A DNA stretch of 64,000 bases from Octopus bimaculoides (taxonomy: Eukaryota): the NCBI RefSeq assembly GCF_001194135.2, contig NC_068983.1:162618586-162682585 (forward strand), given 5' to 3'. Below the pieces are notes generated by a model. That model saw only the letters and a program-made list of their open reading frames with translations. It was not told where the DNA came from and did no database searches. Made by a program: the position numbers and the translations under genes. Positions within the stretch are counted from its first letter, which is position 1, and each line of letters opens with the position of its first letter. Below, one piece after another: positions 11,960-24,123 of the stretch.

Positions 11960-13110
11960 ATATGTACTTAGAGAGACATACAGATGTTGCGCTCGCTGCT
12001 CTCAGGAAAAGCAACATGTCGACATAACACGGACAGCAGCTGCCAAACATCGGTGTTTTTTGTATATGGCACAGAAGATCGTAACGTAGCGGACCTGGTT
12101 GCATCAAACACAGAGTTTGAGAAATGCATATCGACGCTCAAGACCACCACAAACAACGAAATGTCCAGGACGAGTTTTTGCTCTGTGTAAAGTCTTTTCC
12201 ACAGTTTAAAAAGCTTCAGACAGACATCGCTTGATTTTTAACATATCCATTATGTGTTGCATGTCATGGTTGGCCGTAACCGAAAAGGCAAAAACACTCA
12301 AAAATTCCATGACAGAATGAAGGCATGTATCAGTGGTGGTGTGGAAGGCTCCACAAATCTCGGACGAGCGGTCACTACTGACATCCCATAGCATTGTCCC
12401 TGCTGAATACCAGGGGCCTTGTGACACCCCACCACCACAAAACCCCTTACTTGAAAGACTTATTTCTCTGACCACTGTCGTAGCAGATGCCGAAGTACAA
12501 ATAGCGAAATATGTTATTATTTCGAACTGATAGGAGAGAAAGAACTCATTGTGGGCATGTGATGTAAACTTGGGAAGATGCCACACTCAAAGTCAATTTG
12601 TAACACTCTGGTAACTCACATTAGACTGATCCAAATGGTAATATGTACTACATATCGCCCAGATGCTTCAAATCATGGGGATTCATTTGAACAGAGCCTC
12701 AAAAAAGATGGAAAGAATATCAACCAACCTAAATGACAGCCTTCAGTTCTTCTTGTAGAAGAATTCAACCTCCCTAATGTCGAATGGCCTGGGTCCGCCT
12801 CCTCCACGTATGTCACTGCATAAACAGAGGCAAGAAGAGTCTCTGTCTGACCTTACAAACATGGTATTTAAGGAGCAAATAGTGCTCCACCCAACAAGGA
12901 GTAAAAATGTTCTGGACCTCTGCTTCACAAAATGCGCGGCACTCATCCATAATGTTAAGGCGACACCGACAATTTTCTCGGGCCCCTAACAATGTATGGT
13001 CTGCAGAGAAGTGTGGACATGCAGTCTACTAGAAGCGTCCGTCTGCTTTCCAGCCTGAGCTTTCATAAAGCTAATTGGAAATATATTCAGAAAGAGGTCC
13101 TGGAAGAAAA
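11960..13110 (+). pseudogene. CR1-clade LINE remnant: putative ORF1 end plus AP endonuclease
   Basis: Broken frames give VADAEVQIAKYVII.TDRRERTH, VICTTYRPDAS, EFNLPNVEWP, EQIVLHPTRSKNVLDLCFT and SFHKANWKYI, all typical CR1 APE motifs. Confidence 0.8.
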
Positions 13111-13303
13111 CTCTATGCTGCAATGCATGAGGTGTTGGTTGTCGCAGATTGATCTCGATTGGAAACTTTAGTACATTAGATCTCCTTAATTTATCGCCCC
13201 AGAACGATAATGATATACGAAAATGATTTTAGAGCGATTGAACTTGGAAGCTACGGAGACATAACACGATACCGTCAAGTATTCTGCCTAACTATCTGAC
13301 ATC

Positions 13304-13351
<48 letters not shown>

Positions 13352-13360
13352 ATAATAATG

Positions 13361-13575
13361 GTAATCCTTTCTAATAAAGGCACAAAGCCTGAAATCTGGC
13401 GGAGGGGGATAGTCGATTCCATCGACCCCAGTGCGTAACTGGTACTTACTTTATCGACCCCGAAAGGATGATCGGCAAAGTCGACCTCGGCGGAATGTGA
13501 ACTCAGAACGTAGCGGCAGACGAAATACAGCTAAGAATTTCGCCCGGCGTGCTAACGATTCTGCCAGCTCACCGT
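13361..13575 (-). mobile_element. SINE family A
   Basis: Full-length family A copy between (TAG)n(TAA)n and an AAC-rich tract. Confidence 0.9.
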
Positions 13576-13604
13576 TTTACCTTAACAACAACAACACCAA
13601 GAAG

Positions 13605-14815
13605 AAGAACAACATGCCTAGTTCATTCCTGTAACAACCATCACTTAGCCGAGGTAACAATCGAAAGAGGTATCTTCCAGGGAGACTCTTGTTCACCTCT
13701 GTTATTTGTTATAGCCTTGATCCCTCTTTCTGTTGTCCTACGTAGAATCAATGTGAACTATCAACTGAGAAAGAACGGACCTCGTCTCAACCACTTTCTC
13801 TTCATGGATGATTTAAAACTGTTCGCAAAAACAGAGCCTGAAATGGAGAGGCTGGTTGAGACTTGCAAATGTGCAGCAAGGACATAGGGATGGAATTCGG
13901 TATCTCGAAGTCTGCGGTGCTTATTTTGAAGCGGAGGAAAAGAGTAAATTGTAGGGGCATAAAATTGCCAAACGGAGAGAGAATGGAAGACCCGGATGAC
14001 GATGGGTACAAGTACCTTGGGATCCTGGAGCTGGACAATATCTTGCACAGAGAAATAAAAGACGAGGTCATCACTGCATATTTGAAGTGCCTCAAACTTC
14101 TCTTGAAATCAAAGCTCAACTCAAGGAACCTTGTGACTGCCATCAACATATGGGCGGTTGCTGTAGTCCGCAATAGTTTACCCACTCGATCGCACTACCC
14201 GAAATGCAATGACATTGCATGGTGCCCTTCACCCTAAGGCAAATGTACACAGGCTCTACATGAAGAGAGGTAGGGTTGGACGTGGGTTGATTAGCGTACG
14301 GGAGTGCATCAACAGTGAAAGAAGAAACATGGCTGAATATTTGGTAAACAGCAAACAAGACCTTTGATTTCCAGACAGACACAGTGTTAGATCACCGAAG
14401 GCTGGATATAGTAACCTTTAGGAGGGACAACAAAAGTGCCTACTAATCGACGCGGCAGTGCCAGGAGATCAAGATGTCATCATGAAAGAAAGAGAAAAGG
14501 GGGATAAATATGGAGAGCTGAGAATTGAGATCGCTAAGATGTGGCAGCTACGAGAGTCGAACATAAAGGTTATCCCTATTGCCATCGCAGCATTGGGTTC
14601 AATATCACCCAACGTGAAAAAACATCTGAAAACCTTAGAAATACCCTACAATCTAGATGTACTGCAGAAGTCAACCTTACTTGGAACTGCATGCATATTG
14701 CGTAAAGTACTGTCGGTCTGAGATCCTTGTTGTGACTTGATAAACAGTACAAGCCCCCGGTAGACACAATATCTTCAATCAACAACCCTCATGATGTTGT
14801 AAACTGTGCGACGTC

Positions 14816-14868
<53 letters not shown>
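13605..14868 (+). mobile_element. R4/Dong-type non-LTR retrotransposon, 5' truncated and internally deleted, (TAA)n tail
   Basis: RT motifs GIFQGDSCSPLLF and LFMDDLKLFAK; RLE end DFQTD..HRR.DIV...LIDAAVPGD...EK.DKYGEL...LLGTACILRKVL*; 3' UTR, then (TAA)n at about 14817-14868. Confidence 0.9.
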
Positions 14869-14871
<3 letters not shown>

Positions 14872-14892
14872 TGATGATGGTGATGATGATGA

Positions 14893-15730
14893 TAACAGAC
14901 AAAGCAAACTCGTAACAATGGCTAAGAAGCTCAGGACTCAAAGCAGAGACTGAAGGATTTTTAATTGCTGCACAAGACCAAAGCCTTCTCACCAGAAATT
15001 ACCAAGAACATGTGATGAAAAGAAACATAACAAGTAACTGCAGAATATGTGGAGATGGACAAGAAACAATAAACCATATTACCTCTGGCTGCCCAGTCCT
15101 GGCTAAGAAGGAATATATTCACAGACACGACAGAGTTGGGACCTACATACACTGGAAGCTATGCCAACGTTATGGAATAACAACAGAAAAAGGATGGTAT
15201 AGGCACACGCCAGAAAAGGTCACAGAAAACGAGAAAGCAACCATACTCTGGGATATGCCAATCCACACAGATAGAGAAATTAAGGCCAATAGGCCAGATA
15301 TAGTTGTCAGAGATCATGAAGAAAAAAAATGCTTTTTAATCGATGAATATATACCAACAAATGACAATGTTTCTCTAAAAGAGACGGAGAAACTTTCAAA
15401 ATACAGAAATCTGGAAATAGAGGTAACTCGAATGTGGAGTCTAAAAACAGAAACAATTCCTATCATAATAGGCACATTAGGTATGATAAAAAAATATTCA
15501 GACAAATACATAGCCAAAACACCAGGACTAACAAATATATATACATGCAGAAAATAGCACTACTAGGCACTGCACATCCTACGTAAAACACTTTCAATAC
15601 AGTAAAAGAACACCACACCACGACAAACCACAGCAACAATCACAACAACAACAAACCCAAGGCACACAGAACTGCGCTCAGTATTGCAGTGAAAGCATGT
15701 GATAAAAATAAGACCACTGAATAATAATTA
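14893..15730 (+). mobile_element. Second, divergent R4/Dong-type 3' fragment (CCHC plus RLE)
   Basis: LKAETEGFLIAAQDQ, CRICGDGQETINHITSGC, RHDRV, ILWDMPIHTD...NRPDIVV and EKLSKY; ends in AATAATAAT. Confidence 0.9.
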
Positions 15731-15999
15731 TGTTTCAGTCAGTTTCGTATCGAATGTCCGATCATTTTTTTCCTTCCAAGCTAGAAATAGGGAAGTAGAG
15801 ATAAAAAAAAAATCAATGACGCCGTATGAACGCCTCATCTCTTTAAGTATGACTCATGTTTGAGTCACTCTTCATCGATATCCAAATGGAATATGTAATT
15901 GGATCATTGCTATATTGTTTGTGTTTATGGAAGGGAACAACTTAACCTGCTGGACCCAATCTCTTTTCAATATATCATTATACTATATATGTGGTTGAG

Positions 16000-16450
16000 A
16001 GCAAACTAATGAAACACTCGTGTGTAACACAATGCTCCCCCCACTGTTTTGTCATCTACATTTGGATTGATTGGGTTGTTGAGAGTGAAGTATCTTAACT
16101 AGGGGGTACAATACTCATCAGCTCAGCTGATATGATTGTAAGATTTCTCTTCTTTGGTTGGTAATTGTTCATCAACACACCTGACCAATTCTATATTACC
16201 CTGAGACATTGAAAATATGAGGGCTGTTGATCCCGATGTATGTAACATGGTGAACATAAGTTAAATTGTCAAAATCTATTCCCCATCGTCAGGGAGACTG
16301 ACTACATGCTAAAATTTGCAGATATGGAGAGTGGGTACATTAAAAATAAATGAATAGCTTAACCTGGATTTGATCCTGTTCCGCTGTTTGCCTTATCGCT
16401 AGCTTATCATCAAATTTGCGCTCTGGAAATCTACGATAATAGGTTTGGAA
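16000..16450 (-). pseudogene. Possible highly decayed Helitron N-terminal region
   Basis: Weak peptide similarity only: QVKL...SPYLQ.L, PHIFNVSG*YRIG (cf. PTFKIQGQVYHRIG) and KILHS.NP (cf. MLHENNP). Confidence 0.3.
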
Positions 16451-17198
16451 AAAAGTGTCCCCACAATCAATGAAGGTGACGGGGTGGGCGTTAATGAATT
16501 CTTCGGCTTCTTCCGGTCATATGACTCCATTCCTCATTCTTCAACAGAGTTAAGTGTCTCCTTGTATAGTAGTATTGTTATTGTTTTTTTTGATAGGGTG
16601 CCCATTCATGACCTCTTAGTCGAGTGGTAGACTCCATTGAGACTCTTCAATCTAAGATGACATCATTACAAATTAACAGTCCGATTCCGCTTTCAGGGTT
16701 GGAACACAAGCAACAATCGAAGAATAAGAAGGTAAAAGAGAGAGAGAGAGAGAGAAAAAGCAAGCAAAAAATAAAACCAAAACAAAACCAAAACGAAAGA
16801 ACAACATAATAATAACTACTAACAAACAAACAAAAAAAACAAACAAGAATAAACACATCTGTAGAGCCATTCCAAAAGAAATGGTTGAGAACTGTCATTG
16901 GAACTTATTTCCGAATTGCATTTCGGCGTTTTGGCAAAATTCCATTATGGAATTGAACCGGCTAACTTTCGATTCAGTTGCTTTATTTCTGTTTTTTCTG
17001 TTTTTTTTTTTTTTAATCTGTCAACACCAATTATGCTCTCCACCAGAATCACCATTTATCATCAGAAGAGACAAATAAAATAAAATAAAATAAACGTAAA
17101 AAAAACCCAAAACATCAAGACCAATAAAACAGACTCATTTTGGCACTCTGTATACAGAATTCCAATGTTAGCGGCAAAATCGCAGACACACACACGTA

Positions 17199-17264
<66 letters not shown>

Positions 17265-17421
17265 AACGATTTTACTGATATGCATGTATGTGTGCATATA
17301 CGTATGTGTGCATATATGTGTGTGTATCTATGTATGCATACATACATATATTTGTATATGTACATATGCATAGATGTGTATATCTATCTACCTATATGTA
17401 TGTGTATATATATGTACTCGT

Positions 17422-17483
<62 letters not shown>

Positions 17484-18298
17484 GCATATACAATTCTTGG
17501 CTGAATCTGCAATTTCGCTTAATCTAAAAATGTATCACCATCGCCACCATCACCGCTCACTTCTACAACCATCAACAACAACAGCAACAACAACAACAAC
17601 AACAGCAACAACAATAGCCATAACAATGTCCTGTATCAGAGATAAGGAATATATTGGAATATTTTAAAATCGAACTACTTTCTTCATGAAATTGAAAAAA
17701 CAAACAAACAACCAAAATAAAAACAAAAGAAACGCGCAAAAACAAACAAACAAAAGGCATAAAAACAAAAGAAAAAACAACAAAAAGCAAAAAGAAAAGC
17801 CTATCAAAAATTCCAAATCATGTGGGATAGTCCTAAACTAGGACTTGAATTAAATACTAAAATGACAGAAGCCCTGTATTAATTCTAGAATCACTACAGA
17901 TATTTCTTATAGAATTTAGAGGCAGCACTGAAAATTAAAAGTTAACGACGTTTCATACACGAATGCGTCTGGGTAAACAATGCAGTCAAAGATAGAAAAA
18001 TAGGTAATGGGTGTATATGCATATTTTAGGAGTTATTGCTCTCTCGTCAGCGCCACATCCAACCCATTAACCACCCATGAGCACATTGCTTAAATACCTA
18101 CTAAGTTTAGTGGTGTAGCACTATTGGATAGACCAGTTTACATATTATACACATTCCTGGCAACTGGTATGTGTGTATTCATTGCTGGTTGGGACACCAC
18201 ATTTCGTTTTGTAACCATAATTTGCTACCAAGTATATCAAAGGTTTATAAATCAATACTGTGTCCTACTAATTCTACAATGCTTTACATTGGTTAGCT

Positions 18299-18673
18299 TT
18301 ATTACCTCCACCTTAGCGAAGGCGGAGGTATTGTTTTCAGTCGTGTTTGTTTGTTTGTTTGTCCGTGGACAAGACATCTCAAGAACCGTTGGATGGATTC
18401 GGATGAAACTTTCAGGGGCGTTTGGCCTCGTGACTGGCACGAAACTGATTAGATTTTGGAATCGATCCGGTACCGGACAAGGATTCTGCATTATTTTTCC
18501 TGTTTTTTTAAAAAAAAATTTGAGAGACGTCGGGTTTATTTTTAGTATTCTTGTTTGTGAGAGCAGTCAAGTTTATTTCAGATATTCTCATTTTAAAAAT
18601 CATCTCCAGCTAATCATTGAGAGGACATTGGTGTTGCCTTGGCGGAGGTTTGCGCTCTCTGAGTGCTCTTGTT
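18299..18673 (+). mobile_element. HINE, full length
   Basis: Starts TTATTACCTCCACCTTAGCGAAGGCGGAGGT (hairpin), has a (GTTT)n tract, and ends CCTTGGCGGAGG...GAGTGCTCTTGTT. Confidence 0.85.
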
Positions 18674-18950
18674 ATAAAGTAATGCCTATTTACGTGCAAG
18701 TGGACTGAGCAATGAAAGTTAAGTGTTTTAAAGAGAAGAGAGATAGATAGATAAATAGACAGATAGATATATAGAGAGAGATCATATGTGATAGAACCAC
18801 GAGCAACTGACATTCCAAGTTTACCAAACTGATAAGCGCTCTGCTAAATAATACCTAATGGAGACTAAATAAAGATGAGTCAATCTTCTTTCTTAGATCT
18901 ATCTCATCGTAATTAGAATCTCACTTTCATCATGATTATGGTTTCACTTA

Positions 18951-19083
18951 TTCCGCCGTGGTCGACTTTACCTTTCGTCCTTTCGGGGTCGATAATTTAA
19001 GTACCAGTTGAGTACTGGGATCGATGTAATCGACTTGCCCCTTCCTCCCCAAATTTCAGGCCTTGTGCCTATTCTAGAAAGGG
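18951..19083 (+). mobile_element. SINE family A, 5' truncated
   Basis: GGTCGACTTTACCTTTCGTCCTTTCGGGGTCGATAA...GGCCTTGTGCC. Confidence 0.85.
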
Positions 19084-19109
19084 TTACGGTTTCACCCAAA
19101 CATTTGGCA

Positions 19110-19250
19110 ATAAGCAGTATTTCGTCAAACTTCCCATTCTGAGTTTAAATGCCGCCGTAGTCAACTTTGCTTTTCATCGTTTCGGAGTTGATAGAATAAG
19201 TACCAGTTGAGCACTCACCGAAATGGCTGGCCTTGTGCCAAAAATTTGAA
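19110..19250 (+). mobile_element. SINE family A, older copy with deletion
   Basis: TTCTGAGTTTAAATGCCGCC...GATAGAATAAGTACCAG...GGCCTTGTGCC. Confidence 0.75.
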
Positions 19251-19740
19251 ACGAATATTTCTTTTTAAACCAGAACATTCCAACATTATTTTAATGCCAT
19301 TTCTATCCAAGTGTCTGGTGTTCCTCAACAAAGCTGTAAAGAACTCCTTTGATTTCCGTACAAATTTTACTGTTTTATATTTCATTTATATTTTATGCAG
19401 CAACAAACTAGAACATTAGATATCATATTAATTACTACGGTTTATGACAACATCAATTCAAACTTCGTGCTGTTAGTCTCGGGGAAACTCTTAAATCTTT
19501 TCCTCAAGAACGTTCTAGACTTCATTACAGAATGCACATTTGTAAGTGCAAAAATCATAGAAGTGAACATCTTTGACAAACTTTAAATATCAGCTGAAGA
19601 TGCAATGGATCGTGACACCCCCACAGATGCTGCGCTTCCGCACCTCTCTCTCTCCCTCCCTCCATCTCTCTCTAAACACAAAACCGAGGTGTGAAGAGTA
19701 CGATAGCATTGTACAATCTTGTTTTTCTGTGACCATTATA

Positions 19741-20316
<576 letters not shown>

Positions 20317-20327
20317 TATATAACATA

Positions 20328-22081
20328 CCGTATATTTCGGTGTAGAAGACGACCTTTTAAAGCCCCCAAATCACACCAAAATATTGAGGGTCGTCTTATA
20401 TAACAGTAACACAAAGCGAACTTTACATCTTGTGTATTTGTACAAAAAAACCAGGCCTAACCTTAATTTATGACCGACGACAGCGTCTGTGCAGTAACTG
20501 TGGATGTAAGTATTTGTATTTAAAACAATTCACATTAATATTCGACACTAATAATGTAATTGAACTGCCATTAGCTAAAAATCTACAATCCACAGAAAAC
20601 CTTTTATTTCTCAATAAGATTACGAATTTTAATAAAAAGTATTAAAAGACATGTTTCACTAAGATTATCAATTTTAATAAAAATAATCCAAAAAAATTAA
20701 ACATACCACATGCACATTGTTATTTAGATATGTTTCAAACATTTAATCCTTCAAAATTGCTACAATCACCATAATTTGACCCCAAAAGTTCGTCAAGCAA
20801 ATCGTCATTTACAGTTTCATCGTAAGGGTCCCAGTTAGAATCTGGTGAGTCGACTTCCGTTTCATCTTCACTCTCATACAGCATATCATCCTATCATGGG
20901 TTTCAGTTCCGTTAGCCATGCACGATAATACGACCGTAAACCTTGTCTTTTCATGACCCGCGCCTCTAACATGCACGGTTTTTCCACCTTTCATGTCAAC
21001 CATTCTGTCACCCCCATCATGTCAAAGTTTAATGGGGTCTCATGTTTCCGATACATGACATAGGAAACTGATGTCTTCGCCTCATCCCAATAATAAATCG
21101 ATGAAAATTGGTAACTTTATGGTCAAGGTCTCTTGGTAGCTTTTGAGCGATTTTTGTTTTTTGTCGTATCACAAGATTCTTTCTATTCATGAAACGACTG
21201 CACCAGCCTCCTGTTGCTTTAAAGTCCTGGCTTTCGTCTTGGTTGTCTTTTGCCCATTTTAATGCATATAATCTTATCTTATTTCGTGTTACTATGTATC
21301 CATCTTGTCTCAGTTCAAGTACCCACTTGCAAACATGATCTTCCAACTCTGGCCAACGAGTGCTTCCTCTTATTGCACGTTTCAGTTTTGGCATCTTTCT
21401 TAAATTATCTTCATTCTTTCTCCAATCTCTTACCATCTTCTCAGTCACATCAAATGTTCTCGCTGCAGCACAGTTGCTTTGGCAACTTCAACAAATTTCA
21501 GTTTAAAACTTGCTTCGTATTTTCTTCGTTTGTTTTTTTTTATGGCGGCTCCATGGGTAGAGTTGAGTATAAAAAATATTTAAAGAATTGTATCTGGTTG
21601 GTAGGAGAGTCAAGAACAGATTGAATCAGAGAGAAAAAGAAGTGAAAACTACGATTGTAGTTGAATCGTCTTAAACAGAAGAAGAAGAATGCTGTTTGCT
21701 GATATGAGCTCGTCAGTGGTCAGCTGCTTTGAACGTTTCATATAGCTCGGTCGCATGAACACGCCTTTGTTTGCGACATTACGATCGACAGCATTAAAGA
21801 AACAATCTGTTTCATCATCTTATACAAATTTATGTTAATACTATATATTGTTTCATGTCTTAACTATCAAGGATACGTTAAGTAAAATAACATTTCTAAT
21901 AACATCGTCTTTAATTAATAATATCCGGTATTTTATATGATATGGTAACATTTACACTGTTGTTTAGGCTGTCCTTAAACTTGGTCGTCTTAAACCTCAG
22001 ATATTAGCTAAAGTCATGAATATTTACTCGGATTTTTAGGTCGTCTTATCTGCAGGTCACCTTGTACTCCGAAATATACGG
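20328..22081 (-). mobile_element. pogo/Tigger-type DNA transposon, internally deleted
   Basis: Imperfect 27-bp TIRs CCGTATATTTCGG(T/A)GTA(G/C)AAG..GACC, with TA at 20326-27 and 22082-83. Confidence 0.9.
20735..21554 (-). pseudogene. pogo transposase (Brinker-type DBD, CENP-B HTH, start of DDE_1, acidic C-terminus)
   Basis: KRRKYEASFKLK..E, VTEKMVRDWRK, WPELEDHV..WV, FKATGGWCSRFMNR, IGNM, GHEKTRFTVVLSCMANGT joined to DDMLYESE...NFEG; frameshifts present and catalytic core missing. Confidence 0.85.
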
Positions 22082-22149
22082 TATATTCTCTCCATATCTT
22101 ATATTCCGACAATTTTGATTTTTTCCCCCTTGTTTATAAATATTGATTT

Positions 22150-22410
22150 CAAATTTTTTTTTTACGAGGCCAACAATTTCGAGGGAATATACTGTATGAG
22201 AGTGAGGATGAAACCGAAGTCGACTCACCAGATTCTAACTGGGACCCTTAACATGAAACTGTAAATGACGATAAGCTTGATTCCAGTGTTTAACTGGTAC
22301 TTATTTTATCGATCCTGTAAGAGGATGAAAGGTAAAGTCGACCTCGGCAGAATTTGAACTCAGAACGTGAAGATTGACGAAATGCCAATGATTCTACCAG
22401 CTCGCCGCCC
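22150..22410 (-). mobile_element. SINE family A carrying an 89-bp foreign insert
   Basis: Family A sequence on both sides of 22192-22280, which is an inverted copy of 20793-20881. Confidence 0.75.
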
Positions 22411-22523
22411 CTCCTGTTTATGAATTTTGAAAAGATTCACTGACTTTTAAATATTAAAAACTTATTTATCAGCATTATAGATATTTAAAGATATTTGTAA
22501 ATATTAAAAATATTTGAATCTTT

Positions 22524-22702
22524 ACTGTCGAGCGGTGGTGGGGATACAAATACGCATGCGCGTACACACACGTCTACCAGATTCATTCACAAAGCATTGC
22601 TCAATCCAGGGCCATAGTAAAAGACACTTGTCGAAGGTGCCGCACAGTGGAACTGAACCCGTAACTATACGGCTGCAAAGCGAGTTTCTTAACCATATTG
22701 CC
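22524..22702 (-). mobile_element. SINE family B, degraded
   Basis: GTCTACCAGATTCATTCACAAAGC...AAGACACTTGTCGAAGGTGCC...GGAACTGAACCC. Confidence 0.75.
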
Positions 22703-22767
22703 AGTCAGAAAAAAAAAATTCGATGTTGTTCAGATGAAGAAAAGGAAAAGCAAAAGAAGTAAAAATT

Positions 22768-22965
22768 ATCGGTTTCAAATTTTCGGCACAAGGCCAGAAA
22801 TTTCGTGGGGAGAGGGTAAGTCGATTACATCGACCCCAATGCTCAACTGGTACTTATTTTATCGACCTTCCGAAGATGAAATGCAAAATCGACCGAGGCA
22901 GAATTTGATCTCACAACATAAAGACGTTTTGCTCAGCGTCCTAACGATTTTGCCATCTCATCGCC
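22768..22965 (-). mobile_element. SINE family A
   Basis: GGCACAAGGCCAG...AGTCGATTACATCGACCCC...CTGGTACTTATTTTATCGACC. Confidence 0.85.
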
Positions 22966-23759
22966 ATAAAATGACGTAAAGATTATTAGAATTTCGACTA
23001 AAAAGCTTGTATGAAATGTTAATAAAGGCTGTTCTGTGTAGAGGTTATTGTAGTATTGAGGTATTGAGGTTTCATTTCTCACGCCGGCCTCTTCAACAGG
23101 CTTTTAGCATTTTGCTTTTGCCGTCGGCGGCAGTCATACATATATCAAATCGATATGTCGTTTACCAAGCAACGCTACATCATCATTCAACGCCCACAAT
23201 TCATTCGCTTATGAATGTACGTGTGTCTCAGTCTGTCTGTATGTAAATGTGTATGTAATGTCTGCCTGTATGTAAATGTGTATGTGCGTGCGTGCGTGTC
23301 TGTGGTGTGCGTATGTGTATGCGCTTGTCAGTGTGTATGGTGTGCATGTGAGCGTGTGTTAACATGATAATTATAGAGATCGATATGGGTTCGAGAATAA
23401 ACCGTCACCATGGTTACAGTCAATAAACGGACAAAACGCGGCTTGTCTACAATAAGCAGCCGGTTACTAAGCAACGGAAATTGGTTTCTCTGATGGAGAA
23501 CTAATAATAATAATAACAACAGCAACAACAAGTTTAAAACGGATCAATAGATGGATATACACATAATAAACACAAGCCTTTATATATAACATATATATAA
23601 TATATATATATATANNNNNNNNNNCACACATACTAGTATATGAGTGGAGGACAGTTTATATAAACGTACATTTCTTAAAAAAAACATCCAGACAGAACAT
23701 TTAAATATAAAAACGAAAACAAAATATTCCGCCCACGGACTTTCCGAAAGTTGTGACCC

Positions 23760-24123
23760 CAATTCGGTCACGAATGACCATGGAATTGCACCTAGAAAGT
23801 TACCCTCCGAGGCACAAATCTGGGCATGGTTGTTTATGGGAGACCAGCAGTCACCCATGCATACCAGCCTCCCCTCTCCCTGCCACCGATGTTATCCAAG
23901 GGAAAGGCAAAGGGGCCAATACAACTTGGCATCAGTGACGTCGCAGCTCATTTATTAACGTGCAAGTGGCTGAGCACTCCACAGACACGTGTACCTTTAA
24001 CATAGTTCTCGGGGAGATTCAGCATGACACAGAGTGTGACAAGGCCGTCCCTTTGAAATACAGGTACAACAGAAACAGGAGGAAAGAGTGAGAGAGAGTT
24101 GTGGTAAAAGAGTACAGCAGGGT
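23760..24123 (-). mobile_element. SINE family C body fused to a different 3' module
   Basis: 23957-24123 is the reverse complement of the family C body; 23760-23950 is a distinct GC-richer block. Confidence 0.65.

Noticed and set aside
18124-18708. 194-aa hydrophobic ORF
   Set aside because: Most of it is the HINE read in frame; the other HINE copies do not keep this frame.
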